From an uncultured Ruminococcus sp. (GTDB lineage Bacteria > Bacillota > Clostridia > Oscillospirales > Ruminococcaceae): a stretch of DNA of 64,000 bases. Position numbers and translations under genes: made by a program. The number at the start of each line of letters is the position of its first letter. Position 1 is the stretch's first letter. Location: the NCBI GenBank assembly GCA_946413695.1, contig CAMKLV010000001.1, positions 21,131 to 85,130 on the forward strand. Reading direction: 5' to 3'. Of this stretch, positions 8,666 through 15,646 are shown one piece after another. The notes beneath the pieces were generated by a model that worked only from the letters and a program-made list of their open reading frames with translations, ran no database searches and was not told the DNA's origin.

Positions 8666-9937
8666 GTGAAACATAAAAAAAGAGGAAGAAAGATTTACAC
8701 CTATCAGGCGCGCAACCGCCGTGTATTCAGTGATTATCATCCGCTGCGGTCGGCGGTCGGCACTGTGCTGACACTGCTGATTGTTGCAGTACTCGGATTT
8801 GTCGGCTACAACGTAATCGGTCCGATTGTAACACGGCTGCACAAGGAGGAAATCAGCCCGACACTGACTGCGGAGCCGTACTTCACAGAGGAGCCGCAGC
8901 AGGGGACAGAGCCTGCTCCGGATGCTGCGCAGCAGACAACTGTTACAGAAGCCGTCACAACCACAACTGCACCGGAAACAACTGTCACTACCACAACTGA
9001 GGCGTATCACGGCAAATATGGCGATGACATGGATGTTGCATACATGGCACCCGCAGATGCGCTGCAGAATCTTGATTCTGTCGAATCCGCTGCAAAGGCT
9101 TGCAAAGAAAAGGGCTGCACATCCATGATTCTGCCGCTGAAGCTCAATACCGGTGTTTTACAGTACGCTTCTTCTGTTGATAAGGCGCTTGCCTGCGGGG
9201 CATCGAATGATTCCCTGCTGACGCTCCGTGAGATCGTCAATGCTGCAAAGCGCTATGATATCTCTTGTATCGCGGAGATCTATACGCTTGAGGATCACAC
9301 TTTCCCGAATTACTTTATGGAAGGCTCTTACGTATTCAAAGACGGCACAACGCGTTGGCTGGATGATAATCCTGACGAGGGCGGAAAGCCGTGGCTCAAT
9401 CCGTTTGATACTGCAAGCGGCGACTACCTGGCGGGAATCGCAGCGGAAATCCAGAAAAGCGGTTTCACGCAGATCATCTGCAAGGGCACAATCTTCCCGA
9501 GCTTCTTCCATTCCGATGCAGAACTGCTCGGCAATCATATAGAGGATCCGGCGCAGCGCCGCGATGCCCTGCTGTCCGTGCTCAACCGCATCTCGGATGT
9601 TGCACCGACCGCCGGACTGTACGCCGATCTCGCAGGCATTTCGCAGAACACTGAAGAGGCGTTCCAGCCTGCCGACCTGCATATGTCATCGGTCTACATC
9701 AATATTGATCCGGCTGCGTTCACAGAAGCGTTTACGATCGGCGAACAGCGGTTTGATCCCGGTGCGCTTGCGTTCCGCGAAAAGATCGAATTACTCGCAG
9801 AAGCTGCAAGAATCGCATCCGGTTCACATGTTGTGATTCCGTGTCTGTGCGTGAAAGACATGACTGACACTGAGATTGACACTGCGGTTGAGGTTCTTTC
9901 CGAAAACGGCTTCAAAACAATCTGCATGCATGAATAA
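8666..9937 (+). CDS. Membrane-anchored exoprotein, putative glycoside-hydrolase-like (GHL/DUF4015-type) domain
   Basis: GTG start after GAGGAG. Basic N-terminus, one TM helix (VGTVLTLLIVAVLGFVGYNVI), a Thr-rich linker and a globular domain of about 300 aa. The family call is from memory of similar 'putative glycoside hydrolase' proteins and is weak. Confidence 0.4.
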   Translation: MKHKKRGRKIYTYQARNRRVFSDYHPLRSAVGTVLTLLIVAVLGFVGYNVIGPIVTRLHKEEISPTLTAEPYFTEEPQQGTEPAPDAAQQTTVTEAVTTTTAPETTVTTTTEAYHGKYGDDMDVAYMAPADALQNLDSVESAAKACKEKGCTSMILPLKLNTGVLQYASSVDKALACGASNDSLLTLREIVNAAKRYDISCIAEIYTLEDHTFPNYFMEGSYVFKDGTTRWLDDNPDEGGKPWLNPFDTASGDYLAGIAAEIQKSGFTQIICKGTIFPSFFHSDAELLGNHIEDPAQRRDALLSVLNRISDVAPTAGLYADLAGISQNTEEAFQPADLHMSSVYINIDPAAFTEAFTIGEQRFDPGALAFREKIELLAEAARIASGSHVVIPCLCVKDMTDTEIDTAVEVLSENGFKTICMHE

Positions 9938-9940
9938 GAA

Positions 9941-9973
9941 AAAGCCGGTCTCCGCGCTCGGAGATCGGCTTTG
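9941..9973 (+). terminator. Intrinsic terminator after the Rnf-like operon
   Basis: AGCCGGTCTCCG-CGCT-CGGAGATCGGCT hairpin (one G-U pair) followed by TTTG. Confidence 0.55.
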
Positions 9974-10111
9974 CACACTTACACGGATGCATCCAAACAG
10001 TCCGGAATGTAAATCATGATGAAAATAAATGTCAAATCGAAAGCAAAATCGTCACAATCTGATAGATTTTGCTGTTTAGAAAAAGAAATCGTCGAAAAAC
10101 GTCAGAAATCA

Positions 10112-10140
10112 CTTGCAAAAAAGACAAAAATGTGATATAC
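10112..10140 (+). promoter_or_regulatory. Sigma-A-type promoter (extended -10) upstream of cmk
   Basis: TTGCAA (10112-10117), 17 nt, TGaTATACT (-10 at 10135-10140). Confidence 0.55.
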
Positions 10141-10182
10141 TATAAAGGAATATCAATGTAAAGCGCATGGAGGGCAGAAAAT

Positions 10183-10851
10183 ATGTCAGTAAACATCGCG
10201 ATCGACGGACCTTCGGGTGCCGGAAAAAGCACACTCGCACGCCGTCTGGCTGCAAATCTCGGCTTCATTTACGTTGATACCGGTGCGCTGTACCGGGCAA
10301 TTGCGCTCAGTATGCTGCGCCGGAACGCTGATACAGAAGAACAGATCATCGGCAGCCTGAAGGAGCTCGATGTAACACTCGGTTATCAGGACGGGGAACA
10401 GCATGTCTTCGCAAACGGCGAGGATGTGTCCGGACTCATCCGCACACCGGAGGTTACAATGGCAGCTTCTAAAGTTTCTGCAATTCCGGAGGTACGCAAG
10501 TATCTCTTTGATCTGCAGCAGAATCTTGCAAAAACAAATTCCGTTGTCATGGACGGCCGTGATATCGGAACCGTTGTGCTGCCGGATGCTGATGTCAAGA
10601 TCTTCCTGACCGCATCGCCGGAAAAGCGTGCTATGCGCCGCTATCTTGAAATGCAGGAAAAAAACATTGTCGGACAGACATATGAAGAAGTCCTTGCAGA
10701 TGTGATCCGCCGCGATGAGCAGGATATGAACCGTGAGATTGCGCCGCTCAGACAAGCGGAAGATGCGGTTCTGGTCGACACCTCAGACCTTGATCTGAAT
10801 GAATCTGAACAGCTGTTGCTGAAAGTATGTAAGGAGAAGCTCGAAACATGA
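10183..10851 (+). CDS. cmk: Cytidylate kinase
   Basis: IAIDGPSGAGKSTLARRLA P-loop, YVDTGALYRA and MDGRDIGTVVLPDA are typical Cmk motifs. RBS is GGAGGG. Confidence 0.92.
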   Translation: MSVNIAIDGPSGAGKSTLARRLAANLGFIYVDTGALYRAIALSMLRRNADTEEQIIGSLKELDVTLGYQDGEQHVFANGEDVSGLIRTPEVTMAASKVSAIPEVRKYLFDLQQNLAKTNSVVMDGRDIGTVVLPDADVKIFLTASPEKRAMRRYLEMQEKNIVGQTYEEVLADVIRRDEQDMNREIAPLRQAEDAVLVDTSDLDLNESEQLLLKVCKEKLET

Positions 10852-13220
10852 GTGGCTTTTATAAGTTTGCCATAGGTGTCATGCGGCTTGTCATGCCGTT
10901 ATGGTATAAAATTGATGCGGACGGGCTTGAGTATCTGCCGGAGGAAGGCGGTTATTTGTTTGTCAGTAACCACCGCAGCATGGCGGATCCGATCCTGATC
11001 GGCATTCAGAATCCTGCAGCGCAGTTCTGTTTTCTTGCAAAGCAGGAGCTTTTTGAAGACGGCTTTATCGGCTGGCTGCTCAAGAAGCTCGGCGCGATTG
11101 CAATCGACCGCGGAACCGGTGATACCGATCCGCTCGAGGAAATCATTTTCCGTCTGCAGAACGGCGATAACGCGCTGATTTTCCCGGAGGGTACACGTTC
11201 CAAAGACGGTACGCTCGGAAAATTCAAGACCGGCGCTGCACTGATCGCAGCACAGACAAATGTGCCTGTTGTTCCGGTCGGCATTTATTTTGATGATGAC
11301 GAGCTGCATTTCCGCAGCACAATTCATATTCGCTACGGTGAACCGTTCCGGATTCCGCAGACGGACCCGAAAAATCCGTCTCCTGCAGTTCTGAAGCAGA
11401 TCCGCCGCGAAATGACGGAAAATGTTTCCGCACTGCTGACAGCGGATAACGGATGGGGACCGAAAGCAATCGAAGTCAAAGAAAAATCCAGTTCAGATAC
11501 CGAAGAATCCGCAGAACCCGTGAAACGGAAATCAGCGGCTGAAAATCAGGAATCGGAGGGTACAGAAAAGAAAATGAGCAAGCACAATCAGAACGAAAAG
11601 AATCACAAGGAGAAGCCGGAAGAGGAAAAGGATATCTTCAAGGAAATTGAAGATGATATTGATGAGGAGATCTCTGATGAGATCGACGAAGCAGCTGAAA
11701 AGATCGAGGATGCTGCGGAAACTGTGAAAGAAACCGGCAAGAAGGCTGTTAAGGATACTGCCGACGCAATTGACGAGCTTGACGAAAAGGAAGAAAAGGC
11801 TGCGAAGAAAACCGCTTCTGCGATGAAGGCTTCTGCTCCGTTCAAAAAGCGTCTCAAGGAAGAAGACACAGAGCTTGATGAAAAGATCGCGGAGGACGAG
11901 GAAGATATCTTTGACGAGTCCAAGAAATCCGAGAAGGACGATGCACCGGAAACTGCTGATGAACCGGAAGAAAAGTTCTTTGAGGAAGAGGATTTCGATG
12001 AGGACTTTGATTTTGATGAAAAGCCCGGTCTGTTCGGCGGCTTCTCTCTGAAAAATCCGTTCAAGAAGAAAAAGAGCGTCGCAGATTTCGATGATGAGTT
12101 CGATGAGGACATCGACGAGGATAACATCGACAACAGCTACGAAGAAGATGATCTCGATGATGATGAGTATGATGACGAGGTTGTCGGCAGAAGAATCGAC
12201 TACGGCAAGATCGCTCTGATCCTGACTTTTGTCATTCTCGGCATCTTTGCAATTGACTTCCTCGTTCGTCTGTGGAAGGATTATCAGAACGCAAAGGGTC
12301 TGCTCGATCTCCAGAATCAGGCACAGGCAGTTGAATCCATGGTGGATTCCAGCCTTGCTGAAACGGATGTCGCACCGGCTGTTACCGAAGCGATCGAGAC
12401 ACTTGCAACAGAAGTTACCACAACCGTTTCTGCGGAAACCGCTGTCACCACAACCACCACGGAAGCTTTTGTTGATAACAGAGATACACAGACCATCGAG
12501 GTCGGAAACGATACCGTTCACTCCGGCAGCATGATCCTGATCGACGGCACACACGCACAGCTCAATACACCGGCACTCGTACCGTTCTCCAGCTTCCCGT
12601 ATCAGCATCTGCGTCTGGTCAGCACCGAAATGACTGTTGACGCTTCTCTTGCTACCCCGATCACCAACTGGTTCAACGATTTCTTCGCTGCAACCGGTCT
12701 CGGCAACGTGATGGTCTACTCCACCACCGGCACACCGGGCTATCCGCCTTACTCCGTTGCAATTCCGGAGCGTACCGCAGGTCTCTCGCTCGATCTCTCG
12801 ATCCTGAACGAGGCTGCTGCAAGCCACGCGCCGTATACGCCGGACGGCAACTACGCATGGCTGACCGAGCATGCAGCAGATTACGGCTTCATCGTCCGTT
12901 ATCCCGCAGGCAAGGCAGATAAAACCGGTCAGGAGGGCTTGACATGGCACTTCCGTTATGTCGGCGCACCGCATGCAAAGTACATGTATGACAATGATCT
13001 CTGCCTTGAGGAATATCTCGAGGAGATCAAGAAGCATACTGTCAGCACCGATCATCTGGAAACAACTGTAAACGGCATCAACTATGAAATGTACTATGTT
13101 GCTGCTGATACCGCAGGTACAACTACGCAGGTCAAGTATCCGGTTGCTGCAGACGGTTCCACACCGATGATTTCCGGTGATAATGACGGCGGATTTATTG
13201 TCGCTGTTGTGAAGCAGTAA
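10848..13220 (+). CDS. plsC: Fusion protein: PlsC-type 1-acyl-sn-glycerol-3-phosphate acyltransferase / acidic disordered region / TM helix / VanY (peptidase M15B)-like domain
   Basis: Single uninterrupted 790-codon ORF with an ATGA overlap onto the cmk stop. The N-terminus carries NHRSMADP (HX4D) and FPEGTRS acyltransferase motifs. Roughly aa 205-452 are E/D/K-rich low complexity. A TM helix (IALILTFVILGIFAIDFLV) follows, then a Thr-rich linker. The C-terminus AWLTEHAADYGFIVRYPAGKADKTGQEGLTWHFRYVG resembles the VanY core. Confidence 0.8.
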   Translation: MSGFYKFAIGVMRLVMPLWYKIDADGLEYLPEEGGYLFVSNHRSMADPILIGIQNPAAQFCFLAKQELFEDGFIGWLLKKLGAIAIDRGTGDTDPLEEIIFRLQNGDNALIFPEGTRSKDGTLGKFKTGAALIAAQTNVPVVPVGIYFDDDELHFRSTIHIRYGEPFRIPQTDPKNPSPAVLKQIRREMTENVSALLTADNGWGPKAIEVKEKSSSDTEESAEPVKRKSAAENQESEGTEKKMSKHNQNEKNHKEKPEEEKDIFKEIEDDIDEEISDEIDEAAEKIEDAAETVKETGKKAVKDTADAIDELDEKEEKAAKKTASAMKASAPFKKRLKEEDTELDEKIAEDEEDIFDESKKSEKDDAPETADEPEEKFFEEEDFDEDFDFDEKPGLFGGFSLKNPFKKKKSVADFDDEFDEDIDEDNIDNSYEEDDLDDDEYDDEVVGRRIDYGKIALILTFVILGIFAIDFLVRLWKDYQNAKGLLDLQNQAQAVESMVDSSLAETDVAPAVTEAIETLATEVTTTVSAETAVTTTTTEAFVDNRDTQTIEVGNDTVHSGSMILIDGTHAQLNTPALVPFSSFPYQHLRLVSTEMTVDASLATPITNWFNDFFAATGLGNVMVYSTTGTPGYPPYSVAIPERTAGLSLDLSILNEAAASHAPYTPDGNYAWLTEHAADYGFIVRYPAGKADKTGQEGLTWHFRYVGAPHAKYMYDNDLCLEEYLEEIKKHTVSTDHLETTVNGINYEMYYVAADTAGTTTQVKYPVAADGSTPMISGDNDGGFIVAVVKQ

Positions 13221-13230
13221 TTTCAAATCG

Positions 13231-13262
13231 AAAAGCCCGGGATTATGATCTCGGGCTTTTTT
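13231..13262 (+). terminator. Intrinsic terminator after the plsC-fusion gene
   Basis: AAAAGCCCGGGAT-TATG-ATCTCGGGC followed by TTTTTT. Confidence 0.75.
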
Positions 13263-13370
13263 ATACGCATCTTTATGTTATATTATAAAATTATATTCAC
13301 ATATGAAACCTACTGCACAGTTTTGCTGACTCAAAGAATGAAGGACCTTCACGAAAGGAAGTGACGAAGC

Positions 13371-13928
13371 ATGAACGACGATCAGATCATCGCACTACTT
13401 GAGGCGCGCAGCGAGCGGGCACTCGATGAAATCCGGCAGAAATACGGCAAAAGCTGTCAGACAATTGCATTTCGCTGCCTCGGGAACATGCTGGATGCTG
13501 ATGAGATCGTGAATGACACGTTGCTCCACACCTGGAACGCAATCCCGCCGGCGAGACCAAAAAATCTGTTTTCGTTTCTTGCAGCAATCACAAGACGCAG
13601 TGCAATCAACCGCTTTCAGCTGGAACATGCCGCAAAACGCGGCGGTATGGAAACGGCTGAAGCAATCGACGAACTGGAAGACTGTATTCCATCCGGAGAA
13701 AATGTCATGAAGCAGATCGAACAACGCGAAATTTCTGCGGCGCTTAACTCATATTTGCAATCGCTGAAACCGGAAATAAGGGCAATTATGGTACAGCGAT
13801 ATGTGAATCTGCATTCCGTTCGGGAAATCGCCGATGCATATCAGATCTCCGAAAGCAAAGTCAAGCTCGTTCTGATGCGTGCGAGAAAGAAACTGCGCAA
13901 ATATCTCGAGAAGGAGGAATTGATTTGA
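13371..13928 (+). CDS. ECF-type RNA polymerase sigma-70 family factor
   Basis: Region 2-like (DEIVNDTLLHTWNAIPP...FSFLAAITRRSAINRF) and region 4-like (RAIMVQRYVNLHSVREIADAYQISESKVKLVLMRARKKL) segments. Confidence 0.8.
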   Translation: MNDDQIIALLEARSERALDEIRQKYGKSCQTIAFRCLGNMLDADEIVNDTLLHTWNAIPPARPKNLFSFLAAITRRSAINRFQLEHAAKRGGMETAEAIDELEDCIPSGENVMKQIEQREISAALNSYLQSLKPEIRAIMVQRYVNLHSVREIADAYQISESKVKLVLMRARKKLRKYLEKEELI

Positions 13929-15604
13929 ATAAATACGATCTCTTTCGTGCGTTTCAGGATGTTGATCCCGGGTTAATGGAGGAGGCAGAGCGTCTGACGG
14001 TACACAGCCCCGAATACCAAACGGAGAAAACGCCGGATGCTCCGAAGCTTCACAGAAGACATGAGGAGGATTTCATGGGAAAACACGGCAAAACATTCCG
14101 GACAATGACCGGAATCGCTGCGGCTGTTGCAATCTGCAGCATCGGTGTCGCAGGATACTTCGCGATTCATCCCAAGGTTGCTGAGCAGCCGGATTCCGGC
14201 GCCTCAGCGGTTGCGGAAGTGACTGACATCACAGAACAGACAGCCCTGTCGCATGCGGAATCGACAGTCACCGCAACCCAGACTGTGACCAGCCCGCTTT
14301 CCGAGGATTTTGAGGAGGAGACAGCACCGCCGCAGAATGATACAGAAGAAAGTTCTGTGGATTGGTCAGAGCTTGACCAGACATTCGCGGATAACAGCTT
14401 CGCCTACGGCGCCGGATTTGTAAAAAGCTCCGACTTAACAGAGACAATCGTCAAACCGGTTGATGCGGAGAACGGGAAGAAAATGTCGCTCAATCTGTCA
14501 ATTATGTACGAAATGGGCGGCACTGATACGGCGATGCAAATTCCGGCAACGGTTGTGCTGATGCAGGACGGTGAAATCATCCCGTTTGCGCTGGCAGAAA
14601 ACGGAAAAACGGAGACATCTCAAACGGTTGAAATTGAAATTCCGGAAAACAAATATACAAATGTGCTGACGCTCATTTTGATGGACAGTCTCAGCGACCG
14701 CTCAATTGAGAAAACCATCGGGCTTGTCAGTGAGGTTGACGGCGTCATAGTGATCAAGCAGCGGGAGGTCTCGGAGCCAGATTGGACACAAAAATATCTG
14801 GATGTCACATTGACAAGTGACCTGCTCACAAATGATAAAGATCAGTATGCGGAGATTTATGATAAACTCAGTGCAATCAGCGGGATCCAGACAGTCAAGC
14901 GAAACACTGAACATGAGGTCTGGGACACGAACACCGCCACGCTCCAGAAGATCTGGTTTACGCCGCACTGCCGGACAAATTACAGCACACTGACTGCAGC
15001 AGTTACGTACCATAAATCCCCGGCGCGATTTCCCGGCATCGGTCCGACAACCGCTTCAACGCAGGTTCAGCTCTATTGCGAAAAGCCGGACGAAAGCACG
15101 GATTCCTCTGCGGCGTATTACACCGCATCTGCCGATGATTATATTGAGTATCCTGAGGCGGTCAGAGGTGCAAATATAGGCGGTTCAACCGGTATTGCAA
15201 TCGGTAAGTGTCAGAACTACAGCTATGACGCAGGTGCAAACAAATATCAAATCAACAACAGTTCGTGGAGTCAGGCCTTGCCGCTCAACCGGAACGAGCT
15301 ATACCTCAAGGCACATTTCGATGAAAAAAATAACATAATGGGTGATGTATACCCGAAGAACTACTATGCGCTCGTGCTCTGCGACGGCAAACCGGTCGGG
15401 CTTGCAAACGGCAAAGACGCGGTGTTGTTTGAAGCGCGCAATGAATCAACCTTAAATCTCAAGCTGACACTCGACGATTCAATTGCTGACGGTCAGCACA
15501 GCTTCTCTGTCTTCATCGCGGATGCTTCTGCGCAGCCCAGAGCAGAGGGGGAGGAGTTCAAGTACTATCCGTATGACAGCTCTGTCTTCGATATTCAATC
15601 ATAA
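13925..15604 (+). CDS. Membrane-anchored protein co-transcribed with the ECF sigma factor (candidate non-canonical anti-sigma factor)
   Basis: TTG start overlaps the sigma stop, after AAGGAGGA. It has a cytoplasmic N-terminus of about 75 aa, one TM helix (IAAAVAICSIGVAGYFAI) and an extracytoplasmic region of about 460 aa with no family I recognise. No zf-HC2 motif is present. Confidence 0.45.
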   Translation: MNKYDLFRAFQDVDPGLMEEAERLTVHSPEYQTEKTPDAPKLHRRHEEDFMGKHGKTFRTMTGIAAAVAICSIGVAGYFAIHPKVAEQPDSGASAVAEVTDITEQTALSHAESTVTATQTVTSPLSEDFEEETAPPQNDTEESSVDWSELDQTFADNSFAYGAGFVKSSDLTETIVKPVDAENGKKMSLNLSIMYEMGGTDTAMQIPATVVLMQDGEIIPFALAENGKTETSQTVEIEIPENKYTNVLTLILMDSLSDRSIEKTIGLVSEVDGVIVIKQREVSEPDWTQKYLDVTLTSDLLTNDKDQYAEIYDKLSAISGIQTVKRNTEHEVWDTNTATLQKIWFTPHCRTNYSTLTAAVTYHKSPARFPGIGPTTASTQVQLYCEKPDESTDSSAAYYTASADDYIEYPEAVRGANIGGSTGIAIGKCQNYSYDAGANKYQINNSSWSQALPLNRNELYLKAHFDEKNNIMGDVYPKNYYALVLCDGKPVGLANGKDAVLFEARNESTLNLKLTLDDSIADGQHSFSVFIADASAQPRAEGEEFKYYPYDSSVFDIQS

Positions 15605-15608
15605 CAGC

Positions 15609-15646
15609 AAAGCCGCATACCGGAACAGATATGCGGCTTCATTTTT
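15609..15646. terminator. Bidirectional terminator between convergent genes
   Basis: AAGCCGCAT-12 nt-ATGCGGCTT hairpin, flanked by a T-run on the plus strand and a shorter U-run on the minus strand. Confidence 0.7.

Noticed and set aside
11460-12230. Repetitive GA-rich DNA that might be a tandem repeat or a CRISPR-like array
   Set aside because: There is no regular repeat-spacer periodicity. The region is in-frame coding sequence for an E/D/K-rich low-complexity protein segment inside a single ORF.
11532-13226. 564-aa minus-strand ORF opposite the PlsC-VanY fusion gene
   Set aside because: It is the antisense shadow of a coding region with strong motif support. Its translation is low-complexity (Leu/Phe/Ile/Ser runs mirroring the E/D/K codons). 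It has no RBS or start context.
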